DNA of 64,000 nucleotides from Zygnema circumcarinatum SAG 698-1b (GCA_037447605.1 CM074804.1:4317909-4381908), one strand, 5' to 3'. Positions 1 to 11,606 are shown, counted from the first letter of the stretch. The notes: a model not told the origin generated them from the sequence alone. Made by a program: numbers and translations.

Positions 1-981
1 TCCTCTCAAATTCTCTTCCTTTCAAGATTCTCAAGATTTTCCTTCAATCTTTTTCGAAACCTTGTTTGAGGTCGCTGTACGGCGCCGCCGCCTCCGTTGG
101 GCCGCCCGCGCTCGGATAAGAAAAGCTTGTAATATTGTAAAAAAAGAAGAGATTAAATCAAAAAGATCTATTTTTCCTTATGGAAAGCTAATCTTTTTAA
201 TATAAACACTCACGAGAATACAATCCTGCCCTTGACTTGCCTCCAGTAAAAGTTCTTATCACTAAAGATCCAATCTTTTCTTTAGGTCCCGTTATTCGTT
301 CCAATTTATCTCGCGCTTCAGATCCGCGGCGGTGCCCCAGGCCGATCTGGAGCGCGAGTTGCGCCGGGACATGCTGCGACTTTCGAAGACTTGGTGATCA
401 GAGTTCGAACCCTCCACTTGGCACAAGTACAAACGAACCTCGAACATGGAAATGTCGTTAGTACTCAAATTTCCAACGAACCTTCGTCACGCTACAACCT
501 GTTCAGTTTCATGGCATGGTACGGTATACGGTGCGGTATCAGGCTTGAACACTCCTTGACTGCCGTCGAAGGCCGCCTTCCGAGCAGGAATCGTCAAATA
601 CGGACTATTTTCTGGACCATTTTGAGTCTTCTTTTCAGGATTTTCGGGACTTTTGGTCATTGATTGACTGGCGAGTTGCTGCTTGAAGCATTGGTGAAGT
701 TCATGGATTCTTTATGCAGCCACACTTTATGGCGAGAAAAATTAGGGGGTATGTCCACTGATGGAGATAGTGATGATGTGATGACATTCGACAGCTGAAT
801 AGTACCACGTCTGTTGTGCAGAAATAGTACGAAAAGGTACAGTACCCCCCCCCCCCTCCCGTAATATTTTCCACCCTAGTTTACTTGCGTTACCCAAGAA
901 ATTCGCCCTGATTTTGAGGAAACCACTTTTAGCGTTAGTGTTAGTGTATGATAGTTAGACATTGTATGGCACACACTAACT

Positions 982-1952
982 TGTTGTGGAACTCAGTTTG
1001 TTGGCATTAAGATCTGCTAGGCGTAGTGCTCTTAGATTTAGGAATGTCGGTGCTCTGACTCAGGTGAGTGCGCCGCGAGTGCGCGGAGTACGAACGAGCG
1101 GCGCTGATTGGACGCGGCGCTGACACATGTGCGCGGAGAACGGACGCGCAACTTTGATTGGTCGAGGCGCGGCCGCGGATTCGCGAAGTACGGACGCGCG
1201 CGACTCTAATTGGTCGCGGCGCGGGCGCGAAACGCGGAGCGCAAAGTTGCGGCGCGGACACGACATGGAATATAGTTGGCGGCGAACCGGAATGCGCCAC
1301 GTGGACCACTCGCAATGTGGGTCCGCGAGTTCGAGTGTACGGCCGAGGTGTCGGCGGGCGAAGACTGGGAAGGAGCGCTGGCGAAACGGCGAAACTATAC
1401 GGACGGATGTACGATCCGACAAGAACTAGGTCGGCGCCGCCGTAGGTTTACGAGGCAGCTAGCTGGTCGCTATTCCTGAGTGCGCCCACTCAGACTTAGT
1501 GCATGGGTTTGCAATGGCGGACGCGACGTGACAGGTGTGTCACGTCACAGACGCCATATTATATAGTGCTTAGTTCTACTATGGGAAACAACCCACCCAC
1601 ACTACTCTGTCATAGTCTCGGGTCTTATTCAGAGCCTGCTCGTGCTGCTAGGCTGCCTACACTTTGTGTCGTGAGGTAGTGAGTAAGAGGGACCTTGAAG
1701 TGGTAGGAGAACTTCATTGTGGGAAGACAGTTTTATTATAAGGAGTTTTAGAGCCGCGAGCTTTCTCCTAACACTCTCTCTTTGTGATTTCCGCTGTGCT
1801 TGTCTTGAAGCTTCATTCTGTTGTTATGGGCGATGAGTGAAGTAAGATAGAGCTTTGAGAGTTGAATGTCTTCATCGGTGGGAACTCAAGTTCCAATGGA
1901 GGGCGACACTCGAGGTGGCGCTGAAAGCGGGGAGCAGACCCCTGCTTCAACA
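982..1952 (+). mobile_element. Candidate solo LTR
   Basis: TGTTG at 982 (or 999) and CAACA at 1948-1952; internal triple ATTGG repeat and TATA-like tattatata near 1557. No matching TSD, PBS or second LTR found. Confidence 0.25.
1082..1240 (+). repeat. Three degenerate ~52-bp tandem repeats, each with ATTGG (CCAAT box)
   Basis: gctgattggacgcggc (~1103), tttgattggtcgaggc (~1154), ctaattggtcgcggc (~1206), each preceded by an acg(g/a)acg motif. Confidence 0.6.
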
Positions 1953-2454
1953 TTTAGTACGGGAAGTCTGTGTTAATGTATTAGGGTGTTAACCTAACCT
2001 GACCTATTTTTCAATACAGAATCTTTTAATCGAAACGGATTTCGAACATGGTTCACACTCTTTCGCTGTACCGTATGTACGATTAAGTCTCTAAATCGTA
2101 CGGTTATACGGAACAATAGAGATCGTGTACAGTAGTTAAACGTACGGTACCAATAGGAGCTCGCGACAGGACCCGCCGGGCGGCCATGCTCCTCCGTACA
2201 GAGAGAAACAGTTCGGCCGCAGGCCGGACTCTAACAGAATACCGCCCGCCTTATTGTTCACACGGACTTCCTAATATTTTCAAATTCCAAGATTTTCGCC
2301 CAATTGCCGAAACCATGGCGAAAATATTAGGGGAGGTACTTGTATATACAAAGTACAGAAAACGTATGCCCTTAATTCCCTTGAACGAAACTCAAAATTA
2401 TCTCTTAATGGAGTTAACACCGGGTTTTATGGGAATTCCTTTATTTGACGATGT

Positions 2455-3340
2455 CTGTAGCCAGCCCGCGGTCCACCCTCCGGGCGGGCGGGCGGGCGGG
2501 CGGCTGCGCTGGCGGACTCGGCGGCACGCCACGCGGCGGCACTCTCACGGGATACACGACAAGATCTGCTTCCTCGTCAAAATCGTACGGTCAAGTGGAC
2601 GGTATGATACGATCCGATCGGATCCGTAGACCCTCCGCAAGCCGCCGCGGGAAGTGACCGCGGGAGGGCGGGCGGGCGACACGACACGACGGCGACGAAA
2701 TTCCAGACCGACCCGACCCGGCCCGACCCGACCCGCGCGCGCTGGCAGGCGGGCGGGCAGGCGGGCGTACGGCTTCGCGTCGGGACTTGGGACGGGCGCG
2801 TGCTCTGACACGCGGCGCCCCTTCGCGCGCCGCGCCGACTTCCGTCTGGATCTGCACGCGGGTACTGGCCGGCCGGCCGTACGGTACTCCGCCGACCCGA
2901 CCATCCCCGGGATCGGGCCACGTGGTCCCACGCCGCGCCCTGCAGACCCTGCCACGCCGCCCGCAGTCTTCGGCCGCCACGTGGCCGCCACACTCCATTC
3001 CCCGCCCCGGCCCGATCCCTCCCTCGGCACGCTTCCCTCCCCCTCCTGTCAACGTGGCGCCCGCTCCGCCCTCCGATCTCGATCTCGATCCGGCCGCGGG
3101 CGCGCGCGATGGCTCTCGGCCTCTTCGAAACGGCGGGGGGGAGGCCGTACGGTCGGGCGGGCGGGCGGCCAGGTGGCGGCCGGTCAACAGGCCCATTCGC
3201 ACGCGCGGGGCCCCAAAGATCGCGCTCTGACGCGCCCGCGCTGAAACCGCCTCCGTCCGACCCCGCCCGCCCGCCCGCCCGCCCGCCCTCCCGCGTGGCG
3301 GGCCGCAGGCATTTCCACTCGGAGGTGGCGAGCAGGCTCC
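2455..3340 (+). promoter_or_regulatory. GC/CpG-rich 5' island upstream of orphan gene A
   Basis: Dense GGGCGG, CCGTACGG and CCACGTGG motifs upstream of the CT tract and ATG 3649. Confidence 0.5.
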
Positions 3341-3344
3341 TGTG

Positions 3345-3572
3345 CTCTCCCTCCCTCCCTCGTTCCCTCCCTCCTTCCCTCCCTCCCTCCCCTCCCTCCC
3401 TCCTCCTCCCTCCTCCCTCCCTCCCTCCCTCCCTCCCTCCCTCCCTCCCTCCCTCCCTCTCCCTCCCTCCCTCCCTCCCTCCCTCCCTCCCTCCCTCCCT
3501 CCCTCCTTCCCTCCCACCCACCCACCCTCCCTCCCTACCTGCCTGCCTACCTGCCTGCCTGCCTGCCTGTCT
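3345..3572 (+). repeat. (CCCT)n microsatellite grading into (GCCT)n
   Basis: Directly visible. Confidence 0.95.
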
Positions 3573-3648
3573 GCCCTGTCGGTTTTTTGGTTTGTTTGTC
3601 CGTCTCTGAGTCTGGCCCTGTCGCCGGTCTCTGGGCGCCCTTGGGATT

Positions 3649-5130
3649 ATGAAGGGAAGCGAAGTGTCGTCGATCCGGGACAGCTTCATTTCGCGGCTGT
3701 TCCTGGACGTGTCGACATATCTGCAGGACGGCGCCGCGGGGAGGAGCGCGCTGTCGGTGCCGCCCCTCCATCATCATTCGGCATGCCGCGATGTAACCGC
3801 AATGACGGTTGCGGAGACCATAGAACGCACGGGGAGCTCCGAGGATGTGCGCAGCTGCTGCAGGCTGGAGCCCGCCTGCAACGCAGAGGCTACGCCACTG
3901 GCGGCCGGCTTCCCCACCATAGCAGGTTCGCTACTCTTCGTTTTTTCAGCTAAATTTCAGCTAGTCAGAATTGTAGGTCAGAAGTTGTAGGTTTGGGTTC
4001 TTCCACGCTGAGAAAAACCACGCACGGTTGGCTATGTCGGACTGAAACCACCCCTCCCCCTCGACCCCGCTTTTCGGTCACCGCCAACCGACCCATTTAT
4101 TTCAGGGTCTGCTTTCCTTTTACGCTGTGACATGTTTCCTATGCAACAGCAAATAATCCCGTCAAAGCTCAATTTTGGAATGGCATGGTAACAGAATGCT
4201 AAAATTTTCTAGTCTTGCTCATTTTCACGGCTACTGCATGTGTATGGTGGAACTTGCAGATGATGTGCTAGAAGTAACACCACAGCTAAAACGCACGCGT
4301 CAGCGGCAGGCAGAGTCTGTTGGGGCGTTGAATTCGGGAATCAACGTTCTTTCAATTTTTAGTAAACAGGCGGGGTTCCAAGGTCCTTTTCCCAGAGCCG
4401 ACTTAAACGCCACTTCACATGACCTTGGAAGGAGAAAATGTGGTTCAGAGCCTTACTTCCTTAGCTACCAAGATTCTTCCCTCCCCCAGGATTTTCTAAA
4501 CCTCGAACCCGATGCTTTAATAATCTCTCCAAAAAATGCCAGCGATTCCGATGACCTGCCACAGACTCCATGGACAACACACTCCCAAGATGACCTTTTC
4601 GATATTCTGGATCGCTTTCGAGGATCCCGGACATGTGCTCTCGAGGTTGAATCTAAAAGCGATGAAGTATCCGAAGTAGGTCATTCGACAGATGTTGAAG
4701 ATCAAGGAAGAAAGAGACGGTGGAGCGAGTATATTGGGCCGCATATGATGGACATGAGGTGCTTAAAGAGGGAGGCGCTCGATCCAGGGGTTGAATTGGA
4801 GTCTTCTCATAGTGAAGGGAAGTTTTGGGGTGAAGAGACGGCCCCTCAAGGCCAGTCGCAATATGTTATGAGCACGACATCTCCATTCCTCAAGGTATGA
4901 TTGAGCAATACACTCAAGAAGTCAAGGTTGTTAATGGAAGAACGCGTCATGCATGTTTGCACCAAGACAGTGTACATATAGTCGAAATATTGCTCGAATT
5001 GTTTGCATTTTGACGTTTGCCTGGTTATGATTTCTAGCTAATATAACGGTATTATTTGGTGGTACGGCTGCAGGCTCAATTGTGCTTCATCGGAGAGGAT
5101 CTGACAATAAATAGCGGACTAGTGACTTAG
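3649..5130 (+). CDS. Orphan protein A, 3 exons (3649-3925, 4260-4894, 5074-5130), paralog of gene B
   Basis: In-phase GT-AG junctions (phase 1, then phase 0). Shares SQDDLF, a KRR patch and YVMSTTSPFLK with the gene at 11607-12965. The terminal exon is less certain. Confidence 0.7.
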
Positions 5131-5690
5131 GAAGAACGTGGGAAGTAGACAATGAATCATCGCGCTTGCTTTCCTCGCAGTTATGCCTTTGATGTTTCGT
5201 GGCATCACGATTCGATAAGCAGATGGTGTATCAACTTTGAACCTGCATTCACAACCACCTGTACCATCATGATTGTAGACCAATCTTTGAATAAGGGCAA
5301 ATAAACTCGGCAGTTTAGAAGCACGCGGCAGTTTGCAGCACTGGCTCAGGGCATGTTTTTCGACTGTACCTTCATGTAATTGTGTTTTTTTGGGTACGAT
5401 ACTTACTGTAATTAACATTCACCTAATAAACTTGTTGTTCGTTGCTGTATGATACAAAACATGCTAAGTGGATTGAGCCTCGTTTTTCAAAAGCGGTTGC
5501 TTGCATTTGTGATCTTGTGCCTCAAAGTTGCGGCCAATTTCCTTTTTACCCGTCCAAAGACTTTTCTTCAAAGAAAAGCGAAGGTACGGCCTACTCTACC
5601 GTATATCACTCCGAGGGTAACACATCCGCAACTTCGCGAGGAGCCTCCATTTCATAAGTTCGCTTCGAAGCTCTGGATAAGCTCCCGGAG

Positions 5691-5785
5691 GTCCTTTGCA
5701 ACCAGTTCCTCGTGGTTCCCCATGCTGATGTTGTTCATGTACATTTCATGGCCTCGCCATCGTGAGACCAATGCCACTTCCTCTT
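5691..5785 (+). repeat. Dispersed hairpin repeat family D, copy 1
   Basis: catgtacattt-atggcctcgccatc-gtgagaccaatgccacttcc, matching copies at ~9560, 10458, 28483, 33795(-), 41245 and 44755(-). Confidence 0.85.
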
Positions 5786-6394
5786 TCAACCTGAATAAGT
5801 GGAATAATACCAATTCCTCCCTTTTTTTGTTTTAGTTTTTGCTGAATAAGTTGAAGGAGACGGCATCGAACAGATATGTTCACCTTTCCATGCGCCATCA
5901 TCGTGTACCACGGCGCCTGGTCCCATTGGTCTGTACTTTGTCCAGCTCTCACGAGCATACAGTACTTGCGACAGCGAATAATTATTCGTACAGTACGGGC
6001 AATAGTGCACGTCTCACTTAAAGACCGTCAGTAGGACTGCGAGCAACTTCCTCAATCCGATACCAAAACGAATACGGTACCCTGCGGGCCTGGCGATCCG
6101 CGTGCAGAGAAGTACTCTAACCACTTTCAGTGCCACGGACGAAAATCTTCCCTGCGATTCTTGCTCTTGCGGCGTCATGCGCTGCCGCAGCGTGGCACGC
6201 GATGTATTGTTGCCGCGCCGCACGTAAAACCGAACAGGTAGAGAAAAAAAGAAATTAAAGATTTTGACTTCTAAAAAAAAAATTCAAAACCAGTTTGATA
6301 AAGAATGGAATGAAGGATGAATTTCAATTTTTTTTTCTGAATACAATTTTTATGGAGAACCAATTGAACATTGAACAATTAATTATCGTTTGTG

Positions 6395-6470
6395 TTCAAT
6401 GTGAGTTTTCGTTGGGTCCACTGATCAACAATGAGATTTTAGCGGATCGCAAACGGTGTGGACCCGGTTG
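6395..6470 (+). repeat. Dispersed repeat family C (second copy ~34015-34095)
   Basis: gttcaatgtgagttttcgttgggtccactgatcaacaatgagatttt vs gttcaatttgacctttgcttgggtccacggatcaaaaaggagatttt. Confidence 0.6.
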
Positions 6471-7182
6471 CCCGGACAGAAATTGTTTATCGGCTTTCGC
6501 GGGAAGAGTCGTACGAAAAAAATGATTCCCGGGTTAACCAGATCCCTCAAATCGCACGGAATCCACACGCGCGACTTTTCAGTAAAACTTTTCGCTTTCT
6601 CAAGTTGAAAAGTTTCGACCTCGAGTGTCCAAAGTTTAACCCTATTCAATAAGATAGAGAATTGAGAAATTAAGTAAATTCATTTAACAATTTCTCAACC
6701 TGTTCGGTTTTACTGTATTTGGAGTGGATCATTTTTGTCGCCATCCCTCTTCTGCCTCCCCGCCTCTTTCTCCGCTACCGGTGCGGTATGAGCGCGGCTA
6801 CTTTTTTGTTTCAAGGGCAAACCCCGACTCCGGCGGGCCGGCTCTCACGGGCGCTTCAGGTCGCAACCGGCCAACCGAGGAATAAAAATGTCGGCGGCAG
6901 GCGGCCGAGCAGCTGCGGAAGCGACAAGCGCGGATCCCGGCGGATGCTGCGCGCGGGCGGCTGCGGTTGGACGCGTTGCCGACCGTACGGGCAAGCGCCG
7001 CGCCCTGTGGCGGCGGGCTGTCCCATGTGCTCGGTCTGTTACGGACCGTACGGTACGGCTCCAGAGCCGACTGCTCGTTCGTACGGGTTCTACAATAGTA
7101 GTACTGTACCCTAGTTAAAATAGTTAGAATCGAGCAGTACACTCGTTGGGTAATGCTAAGTCAAGCTAAGTAATGCTTAGTT

Positions 7183-8154
7183 GGTCCACCCTTTTTGTCT
7201 AGATACAGACCTTTTTTCTTCGGGCAGATTTTAAAATAGCCAAAAAATAATTAAAAACGGAAAGTGTTTTTTACACACCTTTTTGGAATCGATACACACC
7301 TTTTCCAGTCGGGCAGATTTTACCCCTGATTTTTTTTGTGAGGAAAAGATGTCGGCCTGCCCGAATCCGCTCGGAGCGGAAGATCCGTCCACCACGAGAT
7401 CGTTCGCGGGTGTGCGTCCTTCACACTTGCGGTGAATCTCCGCCGTCGATTCTCTTGCAGATCGCACCACGGCAGATCACCGTTGGATCTGCAGCCGGGC
7501 TCGGTCCCAGCGAATGGCACGTGCCCACGTGTCTCACCGAATCCGGCTCAAAAGTGGGTCCGTACAGGAGTCATACGGTCACAGCTTCCAGGAAAGGCGA
7601 AATACCGTCGACATTGAGAGCCTGGACCAATCACAATTGACCATGGCATAAAATAAGAACACGTGGCAAATGTTTGATTGGCGGCCAGTTGCCAATGGCG
7701 AGCCGCCGCAGGCTGGCCGGTCCAGCTCATAATTTTGCGGAGATCTCGGGCCGAGGGACGCACGCACTCGCTCTTATGAGCCGGCTTTTGGTTGGGCACG
7801 TGGGCACGTGCCATTCGCTGGGACCGAGACCGGGTGCAGATCCAACGGTGATTTGCCGTGGTGTGATCTGCGAGAGAATTGACAGCGGAGATTCACCGCA
7901 AATGTGAAGGACGTCACATCCCCGAACGATCTCGTGGCGGACGGATCTTCCGCCCCGAGCGGATTCGGGCAGGCCGATATCTTTTCTCTAAAAAAAAAAA
8001 AGATCGGGGGTAAAATCTGCCGGACGGAAAAAGGTATGTATCGATTCCAAAAACATGTGAAAAAAGCATTTTCCGTTTTAAATCCTTTTTTGTCTATATT
8101 AAAACTTGCCCGCCGTCTGTGTCTAGACAAAAAAGGTGTGAATTTAGCAGTACC
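7183..8154. mobile_element. Non-autonomous long-TIR (Mutator/foldback-like) element, copy 1
   Basis: Arms ~7183-7545 and ~7790-8154 are inverted and homologous to copies 2 and 3. Left end degraded; only a partial flank repeat ttagtt. Confidence 0.8.
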
Positions 8155-8590
8155 TTAGTTTTTGGTCGTTCTCGGAATTGAAATCCTGGAACCGTACATG
8201 CCGGTACTGCTGCCGCATGCAAGAAGTCAGAACGGTTTGCCTTTGACTACATGACAACTGACCCTCGATTCTGTTGCCCGTTGAACTCGGCCTGTGACAC
8301 TGTCCGCTGATTGGCCGTACAGTCTTAGGATTATATTTTATTGCAGACAAAATAGACAATCTTTGTCTGCTGATGGTAGCTGGCAAGTGCTGCCGTGCGC
8401 ACTCGCCAAGTGGCGCGCTCACAGCGTTTCCGCCGCCCGCTCCGCCTGCCGCGCTGGCTCCGGCTGCCCCCCTGGCCTCAACTGCCGTACGAACACGTAC
8501 GGTCGTTGGCCTTCCGGGCAAGCCTCTACGCAAATCCCTTAAACCCCATAAATAAATTTTTGGACGTCCCTTGTATTTTTAAGGGACAAA

Positions 8591-8727
8591 TAGGGGGTGT
8601 CAGACTTAAAAATTGTTCGTAAGTTTGAGACCAGAACGAGTACTTCGGTGACATCGCAATCCTGGTGCGGCGGAGTACTTACAAAACGTTTTTGTTCGTA
8701 AGATTTCGTTAAGTCTGACACCCCCTA
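8591..8727. mobile_element. MITE family B, copy 1
   Basis: Perfect 19-bp TIR TAGGGGGTGTCAGACTTAA ... TTAAGTCTGACACCCCCTA. Confidence 0.75.
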
Positions 8728-9559
8728 ATAATGACATACTGTACAAGAAATAGACGATCACTGTTACGGAAGTCCAGCGACGGCTGAAGCCTCCGTAAGA
8801 CTTACTGACGCATTCTTTGTCTCCCTTTTCATTGGAAGGCATTGTTGAGTGCAAGACGAGGATGTGGCATTGATCTCTGCAAGCAGTTTGATTGTGTGAA
8901 GGCTCGTCGTGAGGTCCACCAGAGGTAGAGCGGGGTAGTGTGGGATGATAAGTTGCTGATAGTCAGAGTTGATATTAAGTTATTGGGTGTGCTCTTAGTT
9001 TGAACAGAAAAGTCATATAAGTATTGTATTACAGGACATTGGTTTGGTATAATTATTGTGTTCTAGTTTTGTACTTTGGTGCTTCACTTTTATGTAGGCG
9101 GTTAATTGAAGCTAGTGCTTGCAGTCCTGGGATGAGCATGTCCAAGTATATTTAAGTTGTACGATTCTTTTTGATATATGAAGGGATTTCATATATATTT
9201 TCTTTCCTGTACTTTTATCATGTAATTCTTTCATCTTTTGCTTTAGTGTAAAATGGGCACATGCATGAAAGCGATTGAAATAATTAGAGGAAATGTGGGG
9301 GCAAGGCTAGGGACACCATCCTGGCCGGCCGGCGTTCAGTCTCTTGTCGGTCATTCAGATCCCTTCCGCCGTCGGTAAATCTTCCGTGACTTTGAGAGAG
9401 AGAGAGAGAGAAGAGGGCCTCCGGGGTTTCGTGCACACCTCTGAACTCCGGCCGCATTCCAACCTGGCAACCCTATGTTCCCATAAACTATGTACAGTAC
9501 CACTAAGTCGCGGCTCTTCTAGTGCCGTGTTGTTGAGCCTGGAAGTAGATTTCCGTTTC

Positions 9560-9662
9560 GAGGCTTTCTCTTTGTCCTTATGTCCATTGTGACCGCTTCT
9601 TCTGGTTCCCTATGTCGATTTTATCCATGTACATTTGATGGCCTTGCCATCGTGAGTTCAAT
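9560..9662 (+). repeat. Family D copy 2
   Basis: ttatccatgtacatttgatggccttgccatcgtgag; very close to the reverse complement of 33795-33905. Confidence 0.85.
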
Positions 9663-9864
9663 CAAACATCTTTTCACCACTAACTATTGTACACTATCAG
9701 TTGGCCTGCGCGCACGGCGTCGAGACGGATGGTCGACAGCCACGTGCCGACGAGCGATTGGATAAGACATGTTTTCTCGTGAACGATTTGCAACACGCGG
9801 TGAGGTGAGGTCAGGTCGGGTCGTTCGGAAGCGTTTTGGTTTCATAACGGGGGCCGCGCTTCCG

Positions 9865-10282
9865 GGGAGGGAGCGAGGGCGGGAGGGAGCGAGGGAGGGA
9901 GGGAGCGAGGGCAGGAGGGAGAGAGAGTGGGAGGGAGAGAGAGTGGGAGGGAGCGAGGGCGGGAGGGAGCCAGGGAGGGTGTAAGCCAGGGAGAGAGGGT
10001 GCCAGGGAGGGAGCGAGGGAGGGAGGGAGCGAGAGAGGGAAGGAACGAGGGCGGGAGGGTGGGAGCGAAGGAGGGAGGAAGCGAGGGCGGGAGGGAGCNN
10101 NNNNNNNNGGAGGGAGGGAGGGAGCGAGGGAGGGAGGGAGGGAGGGAGCGAGGGCGGGAGGGAGCGAGGGTGGGAGGGAGCGAGGGAGGGAGGGAGCGAG
10201 GGCAGGAGGGAGCGTGGTAGCGAGGGCGGGAGGGAGCGAGGGCAGGAGGGAGCGCGGGAGCGAGGGCGGGAGGGAGAGAGGG
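9865..10282 (+). repeat. Purine-rich (GGGAGCGA/GGGA)n degenerate satellite with a 10-N gap at 10099-10108
   Basis: Directly visible. Confidence 0.95.
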
Positions 10283-10457
10283 AGAGGTCAGTTGCGCCGT
10301 CGAGTGCGAACCGCGTTTCCGGGCACCAACGACCGCGGCAGCCGAAGGAGCATATTCTTTGCATTTCTATACTCTATATATGCATACGTTTCATATCGGT
10401 GACCGTCGCGGCTGCTGCGAATGCCGTGTTGTTGAGTCTAGAAGTAGATTTCCGTTT

Positions 10458-10560
10458 ATAGGCTTTTTCTTTTGCCTTAGTTCCTTTCCGACAAATCCTC
10501 GTGGTTCTCATGTTGATTTCATCCATGCCTCGCCGTCGTGAGATCAATGCCATTTCCGAT
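10458..10560 (+). repeat. Family D copy 3 (internal deletion)
   Basis: cctcgtggttctcatgttgatttcatccatg-cctcgccgtcgtgagatcaatgccatttcc. Confidence 0.75.
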
Positions 10561-11606
10561 TCATTTCAATATCCTATACATGGCACAAGAGGTCAACATC
10601 TCAGAAAAAATGGACTCAAGCAAATAGGCCAGCTTTGCACTAGAGTTTGTTCCCATATCGACATGATTAGGGCTTGGGGTATACAACCATTGTACACCAT
10701 TGTTTTATCACCTGCACCATGTCGCGCTTGCACTTTTTTTTAACTATGTTCCACGCGACCTATAAAGTTCTATCGGGCTCAGGTGAAGAATAAGCGCTAA
10801 TCATGTCAGATCCTGTAAATTATTTCGCAGGACTCCATGGTGCTCAACTATACACACCTCATATAGAGGCCTTCAGGGTTGGAGTAACCCTTAGCCCCTA
10901 AAGCGCTCTCTCTGGACACGCACTTGGAGCTACAGCATTTTACTCCAAACCTCCCTAAAAAACCTGCTGTTGACAACGCTATTCAGTCAAAGAGCTACCA
11001 ACAATACAACAGATTGCTTATGCCTATAGCAGACAAGGCCACATTTGTCTGACCATATCTTGTTGAAAACATGGAGGTTAGCTACTCAAGCTCTGCTGCA
11101 AGATACAAAACGGTCTTCTCAACCTTTTCTTCCTACGAAACCTTGTATTTTTCTTCGAGTACAGTCGTCTTGAGCCAACTGCTAGCGCAAAGAACATTGT
11201 TGTGTCAAGTGGCGATTGCTGTAGCAATTTGACCATGAAGGTTGATGTGCTATCGGTTAAAAATGACAAGGATTAATTCACCGATTCATGTGTCCCCACT
11301 AAAGGTCAAAGTATTCGTAACCATTTGATGTCGATAGCCCACTCTTGTCCTTGCCCTTCTTGGATTTGTTACAGCATCTGCTCCTTTAGTTTCCACCATC
11401 CACTGCAAGGATGAAGACTAACTGACAAACCTGACACAACGATGTTATCAACGCGCAGTGGAAGCATTGGGAGAAGTGCGGGGGGAGCCGGACGGGAAGT
11501 GGGGGTGAGAGCGAGAGGGGAGGGAGAACGTGAGTGAAGAGCGATGGGGGGAAAGGCGAGAGAGATGGCTCTGACAGAGAGATGAAGAGAGAGGAAGACG
11601 GGAATC

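Noticed and set aside
2270-2331. 12-bp inverted repeat CCTAATATTTTC...GAAAATATTAGG
   Set aside because: Too short, with no TSD; only weak similarity near 731-750
2545-3953. Long overlapping ORFs (e.g. 2577-3689, 370 aa)
   Set aside because: Translations of the GC-rich promoter and CCCT microsatellite; no stops because of composition, no domain
4575-4620. DDLFDILD resembles the SPEECHLESS N-terminal DDLFAILE (from recall)
   Set aside because: No bHLH domain in either paralog; the match is too short
10099-10108. 10-N blocks (also 13018-13027, 18183-18192, 63362-63371)
   Set aside because: Assembly gaps in simple repeats; true lengths unknown
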